This document shows positions 1-8,897 of a DNA stretch of 64,000 nucleotides, one piece after another. Under the pieces are notes generated by a model. It worked only from the letters and a program-made list of their open reading frames with translations. It searched no databases and had not been told where the DNA came from. The DNA lies in assembly GCA_045638465.1 (NCBI GenBank), contig JAZUBK010000028.1, positions 40,335 through 104,334 of the forward strand, given 5' to 3'. Origin of the DNA: Clostridia bacterium. GTDB lineage: Bacteria; Bacillota; Clostridia; Christensenellales; UBA1242. Made by a program: the position numbers and the translations under genes. Position 1 is the stretch's first letter. Each line of letters opens with the position of its first letter.

Positions 1-150
1 ATATTAAACAAGAAAAAGCCAAAGTTTGTATACACAAAAAACGCAAGTATCAAGCTCAAACTTCTAAATTTGGTACCAGCACGTATGCAGCTTGGTATAT
101 TTAGAGTTTTGCTAAAAGAAAAACCAAACAAAAACAATAAGGAGAAATAA
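1..150 (+). CDS. 3' end of a gene running off the left edge (last 49 codons; product not identifiable)
   Basis: Frame 1 is open from the window edge to TAA at 148-150 (..ASIKLKLLNLVPARMQLGIFRVLLKEKPNKNNKEK*). It ends 2 nt before the next ATG and contains that gene's AAGGAG. Confidence 0.45.
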   Translation: MLNKKKPKFVYTKNASIKLKLLNLVPARMQLGIFRVLLKEKPNKNNKEK

Positions 151-152
151 AT

Positions 153-710
153 ATGGGAGCAGTACCAATATCACATGGTTTTGTTGAAGAAGTAACAACT
201 TATATTGCCTTTATAATTGCGGGACTTATATTTTTACTAATTTTATTTACTGTGTTTTTTAATATGGTATCAAAAAAGAAATGGAAAAAGTATAACCAAA
301 TCGACCAACGTATTTTGCACAGGCACGGAAAAAGATATGTTGGTAAATTTCATAGTGCAACTATTGTACCAGGAACAGATGAAAATACAAAAGACCGAAA
401 ACCAAAAGAATATGATGTTTTGATTGAGTATCAAGCAGAAGATGGCAAGATATACAGCGCACGACCAGCGACCTTTTGCGAAAAGATATATGCTCATAGA
501 TTAAAAAGGCTAAAAGCAAAAAAGAAAATACCTATTCTTGCATACAAAACACTTTGTTATTTTGACCTAGACCTTGACGGAAGTGATGGCGAGGGACCTA
601 TATATATGATAACCCCTAAAGATTACCTTAGAGAATACAAAAAAGCCTTTCTTATTATGCCCCCACCAAAACACCACCCAAGCGAGTTTGATGAAAATTT
701 GAAAGTATAA
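153..710 (+). CDS. hypothetical N-terminally membrane-anchored protein (185 aa)
   Basis: ATG preceded by AAGGAG. One hydrophobic helix (YIAFIIAGLIFLLILFTVFF) followed by a basic soluble domain. No family recognised. Confidence 0.6.
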   Translation: MGAVPISHGFVEEVTTYIAFIIAGLIFLLILFTVFFNMVSKKKWKKYNQIDQRILHRHGKRYVGKFHSATIVPGTDENTKDRKPKEYDVLIEYQAEDGKIYSARPATFCEKIYAHRLKRLKAKKKIPILAYKTLCYFDLDLDGSDGEGPIYMITPKDYLREYKKAFLIMPPPKHHPSEFDENLKV

Positions 711-715
711 AAAAA

Positions 716-745
716 GATAAGCATTTAGTTGCTTATCTTTTTTTG
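716..745 (+). terminator. intrinsic terminator
   Basis: GATAAGC(716-722)/GCTTATC(731-737) hairpin followed by a T-run. Confidence 0.7.
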
Positions 746-885
746 TTTTTTATAACTTTCTTCTTTTGCGGCTAAATACATATCTCTGTAATGTAGTATT
801 AAAAATTTTATAAACAACCACACAACAGATGTTGCGATAATAAGATTTTTTTGATATAATGTCGTCAGAAATTAGGAGATGTTTT

Positions 886-1440
886 ATGAATACAAAAAAC
901 AATAGAAAAGCAAAGCTTAGCAAAGAAAAAATACAAAAAGCCCTGCTTGATATAATAAAAAACAAAGAATACCAAATAAGTATAAAGTATCTTTGCGAAA
1001 TGGCTAATATTAACAGGACAACTTTTTATTCACACTATGATAGCGTAGAAGATGTTTTATATGAAATGTGTGGCGGTTACATAACCAAAGCTTGTGCAAT
1101 ATTCCTTGACAAAACAATATCTTACCAAGAAAGAATAAAACAAAGTTTGTGGTTTCTTTATCAAAACGGAGATTTCTTTTATTATACTTTTAACAAACTA
1201 CACAATATTGAGTATTGCATTATGCAGATGCTAGATGGTGTGCTAAAAATAGAAGACCCTGAAGAAGAGAGAAAAGCCAAACTTAGCCTTTCGTTTGTTG
1301 TTTCGGGGTTTGTTGGTATTGGCAAATTATATTTTACTAACTTTTGGGAAAGCCAAAAGAATAAGTTTAGTTTAGATGAAGTTGCAGACATACTATCTAA
1401 TACAATCAACCAAGAAAACAAATATTTTCCTATAAAATAA
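886..1440 (+). CDS. TetR/AcrR-family transcriptional regulator
   Basis: N-terminal HTH pattern KEKIQKALLDIIKNKEYQISIKYLCEMANINRTTFYSHYDSVEDVL. I place the start at ATG 886 (AGGAG at 874-878, 7-nt spacer) rather than the ORF-track start at 859. Confidence 0.8.
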   Translation: MNTKNNRKAKLSKEKIQKALLDIIKNKEYQISIKYLCEMANINRTTFYSHYDSVEDVLYEMCGGYITKACAIFLDKTISYQERIKQSLWFLYQNGDFFYYTFNKLHNIEYCIMQMLDGVLKIEDPEEERKAKLSLSFVVSGFVGIGKLYFTNFWESQKNKFSLDEVADILSNTINQENKYFPIK

Positions 1441-1529
1441 AAAAAGAGATTCAGAGTTATCCCTTTTGAAACTAGCGTAATAATTATAAAAACACTTTAC
1501 CATAATAGATAAGGTGTTTTTTTATTCGG

Positions 1530-1558
1530 TTGACAAATACTTATTACAAAAGTATAAT
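1530..1558 (+). promoter_or_regulatory. consensus sigma-A type promoter for the AbrB/ABC operon
   Basis: TTGACA (1530-1535), 17-nt spacer, TATAAT (1553-1558). Both hexamers are perfect. Confidence 0.7.
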
Positions 1559-1600
1559 AAGTGTGAAAAGTATAACCTGTCATACAGAAAGGAGTTTGAT

Positions 1601-1810
1601 ATGAAAAACAATAAAACTGATAAAAACAAATTTGCTGGTATTTGCAAAGTAGGTGAAAAAGGACAAATTGTTATACCAAAAGAAATAAGAACTATGTTTG
1701 ACATAAATCCAGGAGATTCTGTTATTGTTCTTTGCGATAAAGAAAAAGGTATTGCTCTATTAAAGGCTGACGTTATTGATAGTTTAACAGATCAAGTATT
1801 AAAACGATAA
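1601..1810 (+). CDS. AbrB/MazE/SpoVT-family DNA-binding protein
   Basis: Looped-hinge-helix motif GQIVIPKEIRTMFDINPGDSVIV. ATG 1601 has AAAGGAG upstream, and the track's longer 5' extension overlaps the promoter. Confidence 0.8.
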   Translation: MKNNKTDKNKFAGICKVGEKGQIVIPKEIRTMFDINPGDSVIVLCDKEKGIALLKADVIDSLTDQVLKR

Positions 1811-1825
1811 GGAGTACTATAATAT

Positions 1826-2545
1826 ATGAATATTATAACAATCGATAATGTTTGTAAAAATTATAAATTAAAGAAAGCATTAGACAATGTCTCTTTATCA
1901 ATAAAACAAGGTGAATTGTTTGGACTTTTGGGCGTAAATGGTGCTGGAAAAACTACCCTTATTAAAATTCTTTGTGGTTTGACAAGAAAAACAAGTGGAA
2001 CAATAACAATAAATAATTTTAATTTAGATAAAGAGATTGATAAAATCAAAGAAATAATTGATATATCACCGCAAGAAACATCAGTAGCGAACAACCTAAC
2101 CGTAAAGGAAAATTTAGAATTTTTTGCAAATATATACAACAATAATGATGCTAATACAATAAATGAAATTGTAGATATTTTTAATCTAAATGAAGTGTTA
2201 AATCAAAGAGCCAAAACTTTGTCTGGTGGTTATAAAAGAAGATTATCTATTGCAATTGCTCTAATTTCAAAACCAAGAATTTTATTTCTTGATGAACCAA
2301 CACTTGGTTTAGATGTTTTTGCTAGGCGTGAACTTTGGAATATTATAAAGAAGCTACAAAAAAACATTACCATTATATTAACTTCACACTATTTAGAAGA
2401 AATAGAAAATCTGTGTGATAGAGTTGCAATATTATCAAATGGCAAGTTGCTTAAAACAGGAACTATTAAAGAAATAAAGCAAATAACTAAAACACAAAAC
2501 TTTGAAGATGCTTTTATAAGGTTAGTGGAGGCAAAGAATGAATAA
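1826..2545 (+). CDS. ABC transporter ATP-binding protein
   Basis: Walker A GVNGAGKTT, signature LSGGYKRRL, Walker B ILFLDEPTLGLD. Confidence 0.9.
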   Translation: MNIITIDNVCKNYKLKKALDNVSLSIKQGELFGLLGVNGAGKTTLIKILCGLTRKTSGTITINNFNLDKEIDKIKEIIDISPQETSVANNLTVKENLEFFANIYNNNDANTINEIVDIFNLNEVLNQRAKTLSGGYKRRLSIAIALISKPRILFLDEPTLGLDVFARRELWNIIKKLQKNITIILTSHYLEEIENLCDRVAILSNGKLLKTGTIKEIKQITKTQNFEDAFIRLVEAKNE

Positions 2546-3320
2546 GGTTATCAATTTTTATAAAAGAAACTTAAAAGAAATTTTGAGAGACCCAATCATA
2601 TATATTTTTTGTTTAGGGTTTCCTATTGCAATGTTTTTGTTGTTTTATATAATCAATAAGTTTTCAAATGGGCATACACCTATTTTTGAAGTGTTATCTT
2701 TACTTCCTGGAATTATTGTATTTTCTTATTCTTTTGTTATGTTAACTCTTGCTATTGTTGTATCAAAAGATAAACAAACATCTTTCTTAAAAAGATTGTA
2801 TGCTTCGCCAATGAAATCTTATCATTTTATATTGGGATATTTTCTTGTTGGCTTATTTATCGGGCTATTACAAACATTGGTTTGTGTTGTTACCGGATTT
2901 ATAATTTCGCTGATAGCAAATGTTGGTTTTGTATCTATTGGAAATATTTTGCTTTTAATTATTGCTCAATTACCAATACTTATCACAAATATCTTTTTAG
3001 GAATATTGTTTGGAACTATATTTAATGATAAATCAGCGCCAGGTGTTTGTTCTGTGTTTATAAGTTTAGCCGGAATACTTGGTGGTTGTTGGATGCCGCT
3101 TGAAACAATGGGTGCTTTTGAAACTTTTTGCAGATTTTTGCCATTTTACCCATCAGTTTATATCGGTAGAATAATTACAAATTCAACAAACGCTTTAGGA
3201 ATTGCTTATTCTTTTAATAATATTGCTGGTTTTTGTTTGATTACTATAAGTCTGTTCATGATTTCTAGCATAATATTAACCATTATTGCATTTAAGAAAA
3301 ATATGGTAAGCGATAAATAG
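2538..3320 (+). CDS. ABC-2 type transporter permease
   Basis: Overlaps the ATPase stop by 8 nt, with GGAGG upstream. About 6 hydrophobic helices, typical of an ABC-2 exporter partner. Confidence 0.8.
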   Translation: MNKVINFYKRNLKEILRDPIIYIFCLGFPIAMFLLFYIINKFSNGHTPIFEVLSLLPGIIVFSYSFVMLTLAIVVSKDKQTSFLKRLYASPMKSYHFILGYFLVGLFIGLLQTLVCVVTGFIISLIANVGFVSIGNILLLIIAQLPILITNIFLGILFGTIFNDKSAPGVCSVFISLAGILGGCWMPLETMGAFETFCRFLPFYPSVYIGRIITNSTNALGIAYSFNNIAGFCLITISLFMISSIILTIIAFKKNMVSDK

Positions 3321-3456
3321 AAAATATTATAATGGCAACTAGGCATATGCTTGTCACATACCAGCCTTCTTATTTTTACTCAAACACGACAAGCATACGA
3401 ATAAAACTAAATTTAAACAAACAAAAAAAGTCTGAGCTAATAACTCAGACTTTTTT

Positions 3457-3565
3457 TGGCGTAGTGGGCAGGATTTACTCCGCAAAGAATACTTTGCTAT
3501 CATGCCTGGTGGCAAAAACTTGCCACTGGCAACTTTTTTGATGCCACCGTTCAAATCCCACCTTC
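3457..3565 (-). pseudogene. degenerate tRNA-like remnant: partial duplicate of the tRNA-Ser 3' end with its own terminator hairpin
   Basis: 3457-3476 (TGGCGTAGTGGGCAGGATTT) matches 3627-3646 at 19/20. The preceding hairpin GTCTGAG..CTCAGAC (3430-3450) parallels GTCCGAG..CTCAGAC (3600-3620). The rest does not fold as a tRNA by eye but contains a GGTGGCA..TGCCACC long hairpin (3508-3548). Confidence 0.35.
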
Positions 3566-3593
3566 ATATCTTAAACAAAATACAATTAAAAAC

Positions 3594-3626
3594 AAAAAAG
3601 TCCGAGTATCATACTCAGACTTATTT
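3594..3626 (-). terminator. intrinsic terminator downstream of tRNA-Ser (A-run/T-run flanked, bidirectional)
   Basis: GTCCGAG/CTCAGAC hairpin flanked by an A-run and a T-run, immediately 3' of the tRNA on the minus strand. Confidence 0.7.
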
Positions 3627-3717
3627 TGGCGTAGTGGGCGGGATTTGAACCCGCGCAGGCCTTGCGACCTCTAACGCCTTAGCAGGGCGTCCTCTTGAGC
3701 CTCTTGAGTACCACTAC
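3627..3717 (-). tRNA. tRNA-Ser (anticodon GCU), class II with long variable arm, CCA encoded
   Basis: The reverse complement reads GTAGTGG-TA-CTC..GAG-G-ACGCC-CTGCTAA-GGCGT-(long variable arm)-GCGGG-TTCAAAT-CCCGC-CCACTAC-G-CCA. The acceptor, anticodon and T stems all pair. Confidence 0.93.
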
Positions 3718-3894
3718 AAAATTATTTGTTTGTTAAACTTTTAGTCTAACGGTGTAAGTTTATCAAAATATGCCGTGGTTGTCAATGTTTTTTTGGGGCT
3801 TTTTGCAATATATTTTGAGAGGGGGTTGTTTTTGACAAATATTTTGCTGGATATGTGAGGTATTAAAATTACCTGTTTTTCATATACTATTTAT

Positions 3895-4515
3895 ATGATA
3901 GAAAGTTTAGAAAATGTATTTAGTAATATTGGCGGGAGTTTTCTAGCGGTGATGCTTATATCTATGATTCCTATTTGTGAGGCTCGTATTGGGCTTCCGT
4001 TTGGTATGGCAAGTGAGATTTGGGGAGAGGGGGCGCTTTCTCCTTTTGTATCTTTTATTGCTAGTTTTCTTGGCAGCAGTATTATATCGTTGGTTATTCT
4101 CATTTGTCTAAAACCTATTTTTTCTAAACTAAAAAAGACCAAAATTTTCGAAAAGCTTGTTACAAAACTTGAAGGGTCTTTTCGTAAACAAAGTGAGGAA
4201 CTGGACGATAAAGAAGTAAAAAAGCACAAAACTTTTAGTAAGTGGCTAGGGGTTATGCTGTTTGTGGCGGTTCCTGCCCCAATGACTGGTATATGGACAG
4301 GGTCTGCAGTTGCTAGTTTTACAAACCTAAACCTTTTGCAAAGCTTTTCGGCGATAGTGGTGGGAAATCTCATAGGCTGCATACTTATATTACTTGTTTG
4401 CACAATCTTCAAAGATTCTATAATGTTTTTGTTACTAGCTAGTATAATTATGGTGGCTATAAGCGTGATTATTTATTTTTTATCAAAGCGAAAAAAAGAA
4501 GTGGCTAAAAGTTAG
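3895..4515 (+). CDS. small multidrug export-like membrane protein (COG2426-type family)
   Basis: Family-typical strings IPICEARIGLPFG and FVAVPAPMTGIWTGSAVAS. 5-6 TM helices. Confidence 0.65.
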   Translation: MIESLENVFSNIGGSFLAVMLISMIPICEARIGLPFGMASEIWGEGALSPFVSFIASFLGSSIISLVILICLKPIFSKLKKTKIFEKLVTKLEGSFRKQSEELDDKEVKKHKTFSKWLGVMLFVAVPAPMTGIWTGSAVASFTNLNLLQSFSAIVVGNLIGCILILLVCTIFKDSIMFLLLASIIMVAISVIIYFLSKRKKEVAKS

Positions 4516-4531
4516 TCACTTCTTATATTTT

Positions 4532-5746
4532 TTATTCGTTATGGTTTAGGTAGTTAACTAAGTCTTTTGTGGTGCTTGATTCTGCCTTTCGGGCGATAAT
4601 TATTGAAGCTATTGCAAAAACCCCTGCAACTGCTGCTACTGGCCAAACAAATCCGCCAAAGCAACCTGAAAAATATACTACGGAATAAGATAAAGCCTCT
4701 GCACTACCCTGATTGATGAGGGCGGTATTTCCCACGCCCAATATTCTTGCCTTATCCAAAAAGCCTTGGTATAGGTGCATAGTATGGAAAGGTTGAATAA
4801 TTGCGCATAGAAGATATGCTATAGATATTATCCATACGTTTTGAACAAACATTACAACACACATAGAGCCAACCATAAACACGCCAACAGCCGTTGCCCA
4901 GCCACCGCCGTCGATCTTGGTCAAAATCTTGCCAATTACAAGACAGGCTATTCCGTATATTCCGTCGTATAGGGCGTTTACTAGACCTTCGATGAAGAAA
5001 CTACCTGTACGAAGATAGATGACTGTGCTAGAGATATAATAGAACAAATATGCAAATGGTGCTGATAAAAAGTAAGTGATAAAGTGCTTGAACAAAAATG
5101 ACTTTTTAATCTTCTTTACTTTTTTGTTGTTTTCGTCTTGAGCAATTAGATATGAGATAAAATCTGCGTTAAAGTTTTCTGTATTTTTGAACTTAAAATA
5201 GAATACAAAAAGAGGTGCTGCACTAGCAATAAACATTGCAAGGCTGAAGATAATAACTATTGTTTGGCTGATATTGTCAAGGAAAAATCCACCGACTATA
5301 CCTGCAATAAGCCAACCCATTTGATCCAAAAACTTAGTAAAACCAAGTGTTTTTTCGTCTGCGCCTTCTGATACATAGTTGTAGATGATATCAATTGGCG
5401 AATAGTTAAATGAATTTTCTAAGCCGCTAAACATTGCAGTCAGAATAATAAGCCAAATTGCATTAGAACTTAAAAATAGTATACATATCTCACACGCAAC
5501 GATAGGTATTATTCTAAGCAGTAAGAATATTTGTGGGCTTTTGAAATAGTATTTTTTTAATAGATAGTTGAATAGTACAATAAATAAGTTTTGCACTGCC
5601 CAATAACAAAACATTAGCATTAGGGCTTTTTCTAGGCCATAAACAGGTTTTGCATAGTCTAAGATAATAAATGGTATAAACTCCATTATTAAAGATATTG
5701 CAAAGTTGGATATTGTACGATAAGTTTGAAGTAACTTAAACTGCAT
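4532..5746 (-). CDS. polytopic membrane protein, MFS-like transporter (404 aa)
   Basis: About 11-12 hydrophobic helices with a central basic loop (KKVKKIKKS). AAAGGAAG RBS. No diagnostic motif identified. Confidence 0.55.
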   Translation of the reverse strand: MQFKLLQTYRTISNFAISLIMEFIPFIILDYAKPVYGLEKALMLMFCYWAVQNLFIVLFNYLLKKYYFKSPQIFLLLRIIPIVACEICILFLSSNAIWLIILTAMFSGLENSFNYSPIDIIYNYVSEGADEKTLGFTKFLDQMGWLIAGIVGGFFLDNISQTIVIIFSLAMFIASAAPLFVFYFKFKNTENFNADFISYLIAQDENNKKVKKIKKSFLFKHFITYFLSAPFAYLFYYISSTVIYLRTGSFFIEGLVNALYDGIYGIACLVIGKILTKIDGGGWATAVGVFMVGSMCVVMFVQNVWIISIAYLLCAIIQPFHTMHLYQGFLDKARILGVGNTALINQGSAEALSYSVVYFSGCFGGFVWPVAAVAGVFAIASIIIARKAESSTTKDLVNYLNHNE

Positions 5747-5903
5747 TTTTTATCTTCCTTTTTACTCTTTTATAATACCACACAAAATAAAAATGGCAAA
5801 ACAAAAAGGCCTGTAGCTATCAAAAAATTCATGTGTAAACAAAAGTTATTTGGTCTTTTTTATCTGGGATAAAATTTTTTTTATTATTTTTTTAATTTGG
5901 GGG

Positions 5904-5931
5904 TTGACAAGCGGTTTTTGTTTGTTATACT
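5904..5931 (+). promoter_or_regulatory. promoter for the 5969 gene
   Basis: TTGACA (5904-5909), 16-nt spacer, TGtTATACT (extended -10, TATACT 5926-5931). Confidence 0.55.
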
Positions 5932-5968
5932 GAAAAAGTAAAAACTAAATAAAAAGGGGGTCTTAATT

Positions 5969-6475
5969 ATGGCAACAAGAGCAAGAGATTATGTTTATGA
6001 GCTAAAAAAATACGATGGAGAAAGAACTGCTGTCTATAAAAAAATATTCAATCAGTTTGGCCATACAGGGTCCCTTATGGAAATGAAAATTTTTGACAAA
6101 CTAAGCGAAGAGGATAAAGTTGAACTTTGCAACCTTGTATTTATGGTAAACAAAGATCAATCACACCTACTATTTCCTATGGTAAGAAACGAAGAAGTTT
6201 CTAGCAAAGAAGCAAGTGTTCTTTCTATCTATGCTATGAAACACGTTACTGAGCATTGCTCAAAATTCGAAGTTCCTGCAACTACATTTATCAGCCTATC
6301 AGAAAATTCTGGCACAGCTAAAGTTTTTGGCTTTGAAAAAACAGACGTAGAAGAGAACATCACAGGAACTACTTTCTACGAATTTGCAAAAACTCAAAAG
6401 CAAGTACAAACTCCATCAGAAAAAACAACTAGCTCAAAATCAACTCAAAAAGTAGAAGCACCAAAAGTGCAATAA
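5969..6475 (+). CDS. hypothetical protein (168 aa), Ser/Thr/Lys-rich tail
   Basis: GGGGG RBS and a strong upstream promoter. No family recognised. Confidence 0.6.
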   Translation: MATRARDYVYELKKYDGERTAVYKKIFNQFGHTGSLMEMKIFDKLSEEDKVELCNLVFMVNKDQSHLLFPMVRNEEVSSKEASVLSIYAMKHVTEHCSKFEVPATTFISLSENSGTAKVFGFEKTDVEENITGTTFYEFAKTQKQVQTPSEKTTSSKSTQKVEAPKVQ

Positions 6476-6566
6476 AAAAAACAAACGTCACAAATTGTGG
6501 CGTTTTTTTATCATATTGATTTGCAAAAAAATGGGATAAAATGTAAAATAGAATTAGGTAAAAAAT

Positions 6567-7421
6567 ATGAACTGGATATACAACAAAAATGTAATAATAA
6601 CCGGGGCATCATCTGGAATAGGAAAAGAGTTATCTACAATACTTATCAATAAGTATAATTGCAAAGTCTTGGGCGTTGCACGTACCGAAAGTAAACTTGA
6701 GGCAACAAAGCAAGAACTTGGCGAAAACTTTTCTTACTACCCTCTTGATGTTAGCCAAAAAGAAAACTGGGATAACCTGGCAAAACATCTTCAGGATATC
6801 AACTTTGCACCAGATATTCTTATCAACAATGCAGGAACAATGGCGCCTTTTGAGAGTTTTGTTTCAGCAAGTGATGATACTGACGAGCGAATATTCAAAA
6901 CTAACTTTTTGTCGGTAACTTATGCTGTAAGATCCCTACTTCCTGTTTTGGAAAAGTCAAAAACTCCTGCGATTATAAACATATCTTCAGCATCGGCTTT
7001 GGGTTGTTTGCCTGGGGTGGCTAGTTATTCGGCAAGTAAATCTGCACTAAAGACTTTTAGCGAGATTCTCCACTGCGAACTTCGAGGCAAAGTATTTGTT
7101 TCGACTATTATGCCAGGGTTTATAAAAACCAACCTATTCCACTCAAAAGACAACAAAAAAGATGTCTTTGATACAAAAGACGAAAAGTTGTTTAACGCAA
7201 TAAGTATGAGGGTGGATAAGGCTGCTAAAAAAATAGTGCGAATAATCAAACGAAAAAAGGCCCGTGCTATTATCGGTATGGACGCTAAAATTATAAACTG
7301 TATCTACAAACTAACCCCTCAAACAAGTGGAAGACTAGTTGGTTGGGTTATGAGAGCAACTAAACTTAAAACTTTTGAAAATGTATATATAAAGGAGAAT
7401 AAAAATGGCGACAATAATTGA
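6567..7421 (+). CDS. SDR-family oxidoreductase (short-chain dehydrogenase)
   Basis: TGASSGIGKE cofactor motif, NNAG, catalytic YSASK. Terminates with TGA. Confidence 0.9.
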   Translation: MNWIYNKNVIITGASSGIGKELSTILINKYNCKVLGVARTESKLEATKQELGENFSYYPLDVSQKENWDNLAKHLQDINFAPDILINNAGTMAPFESFVSASDDTDERIFKTNFLSVTYAVRSLLPVLEKSKTPAIINISSASALGCLPGVASYSASKSALKTFSEILHCELRGKVFVSTIMPGFIKTNLFHSKDNKKDVFDTKDEKLFNAISMRVDKAAKKIVRIIKRKKARAIIGMDAKIINCIYKLTPQTSGRLVGWVMRATKLKTFENVYIKENKNGDNN

Positions 7422-8268
7422 CGGAAAAGAATTATCTAAGGAAATTAAACAAAAGTTAAAATTCACTATCGAGAGCGAACTACTAAACAAAGGAAAGTCT
7501 GCACCTAGACTTGCGGTTGTGCTTGTTGGCAACAATATGGCATCTAAAGTTTATGTTTCAGGCAAAATTAAAGCTTGTAAAGAAGTTGGTATCATATCTG
7601 ACTCTATTACACTTGATGAAAATATTACTCAACAAGAGCTTAACGACAAAATCTTAGAGCTTAACGCAGATAAAAAGGTAAACGGAATACTTCTTCAATT
7701 ACCACTTCCTTCTCACCTAAACCCAAATGAAGCAATCAACCTTATCTCTCCAGAAAAAGACGTAGACGGCCTAACAAATATAAACCTTGGAAAACTTATT
7801 TCTAATGACCCTTCTGTTATCAGAAGCTGCACACCACTTGGCGTTGTAACCATGCTACAATCATATGGCATAGATATCGAAGGAAAAAATATCGCCATTA
7901 TCAATAGAAGCATCTTGGTAGGAAAACCTCTATACCTAATGCTAACTCAACTACATGGTACTGTTACTATGTGCCACACAAGAACTAAAGATATCAAAGC
8001 AGTAACACTAAACAGTGACATTATCGTATCTGCTGTTGGCGTAAAGAACTTCATAACCAAAGATATGGTAAAACCTGGCGCAGTTGTAATTGACGTAGGT
8101 ATTGTAAGAGACGAAAAAACAAACAAAATTTGCGGCGACGTTGATTTTGAAAATGTAAAAGAAGTTGCAGACTATATCTCACCAGTTCCTGGCGGTAGTG
8201 GACCTATGACAATAACTATGTTACTTAAAAACACAGTTAACACAACCCTATCTCAAAATAAAAAATAA
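7405..8268 (+). CDS. folD: bifunctional methylenetetrahydrofolate dehydrogenase/methenyl-THF cyclohydrolase
   Basis: Full-length FolD pattern (IIDGK.., LAVVLVGNN.AS.VYV, GILLQLPLP, DVDG, TP.G, PVPGGSGPMTI). AAGGAG RBS. Overlaps the SDR gene by 17 nt. Confidence 0.95.
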   Translation: MATIIDGKELSKEIKQKLKFTIESELLNKGKSAPRLAVVLVGNNMASKVYVSGKIKACKEVGIISDSITLDENITQQELNDKILELNADKKVNGILLQLPLPSHLNPNEAINLISPEKDVDGLTNINLGKLISNDPSVIRSCTPLGVVTMLQSYGIDIEGKNIAIINRSILVGKPLYLMLTQLHGTVTMCHTRTKDIKAVTLNSDIIVSAVGVKNFITKDMVKPGAVVIDVGIVRDEKTNKICGDVDFENVKEVADYISPVPGGSGPMTITMLLKNTVNTTLSQNKK

Positions 8269-8275
8269 TCAAAGA

Positions 8276-8306
8276 AAGCCACCTGTTAAACGGGTGGCTT
8301 TATTGT
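8276..8306 (+). terminator. intrinsic terminator after folD
   Basis: GCCACC/GGTGGC hairpin followed by a T-rich tract. Confidence 0.55.
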
Positions 8307-8434
8307 TTGAGACAAAAGATTTTTATAGATTTTGTGATTTATAATTTTGCCTTTTGGCGGAGCGGTTTTACTACGATACACGTTAAATCATCAATTTTCT
8401 AAACTTTAGGGAAAGATTGAAAAATATTAAAAAT

Positions 8435-8466
8435 AAAAAAGCACTCAAAAAAGAGTGCTTTTTAAT
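8435..8466 (-). terminator. intrinsic terminator after the small membrane protein gene
   Basis: GCACTC/GAGTGC hairpin with flanking A- and T-runs. Confidence 0.65.
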
Positions 8467-8474
8467 TCGGTCTA

Positions 8475-8699
8475 TTAGATGTTTAGTAGACGCCAGATTC
8501 TTCCGTTAAGAAGCATGCAAATAAAGTCTACGATGAAGATAATTGCACCAACACCAACAAGTCTGATGATAGCAGCAACAATTTTACCTTCTTTGAATCT
8601 TGTAACAACACCCAAAATCCAAGCTGTTACAGGGATAATAGCTAGGATAAGGCTAAGAAGTCTTCCAAGACCAAAATAATCTTTAGATGTTTTTGCCAT
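8475..8699 (-). CDS. small two-helix membrane protein (74 aa)
   Basis: AAGGAGAAAG RBS and two hydrophobic helices. The antisense ORF at 8479-8679 is discarded. Confidence 0.6.
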   Translation of the reverse strand: MAKTSKDYFGLGRLLSLILAIIPVTAWILGVVTRFKEGKIVAAIIRLVGVGAIIFIVDFICMLLNGRIWRLLNI

Positions 8700-8849
8700 A
8701 GTAATCTTTCTCCTTTTTTATACTATATTCAGTATAACACCTTTATATGACTTTTTCAAACAATTTTATTTTATTTTTTTATGTTTTTTGCAAAAAAACA
8801 TCTTATTTTTTAAAAATATAATTTTGGCAGATGTATTTTTTATAAATAT

Positions 8850-8883
8850 CAAAAAAAATAAAACTCACCAAAAATGGTGAGTT
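8850..8883 (-). terminator. intrinsic terminator after metG
   Basis: CTCACC/GGTGAG hairpin followed by a T-run on the minus strand. Confidence 0.7.
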
Positions 8884-8897
8884 TACAAATTTAAATT

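Noticed and set aside
3332-3554. Overlapping ORFs 3332-3541 (+) and 3354-3554 (-).
   Set aside because: They lie on the terminator hairpin and the tRNA-like remnant. The stop-free stretch is better explained by higher-GC structured, non-coding sequence, and neither ORF has an RBS.
3424-3717. A genomic island integrated at tRNA-Ser.
   Set aside because: The two repeat copies are only about 170 bp apart. The duplication includes the terminator and not just the tRNA end. No integrase or cargo lies between or beside them.
6567-7421. The possibility of genetic code 4 (TGA = Trp), given the AT-rich Mollicute-like gene content.
   Set aside because: The SDR gene ends at a family-typical length on TGA (7419-7421). 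All conserved genes are intact under the standard code, with Trp encoded by TGG.
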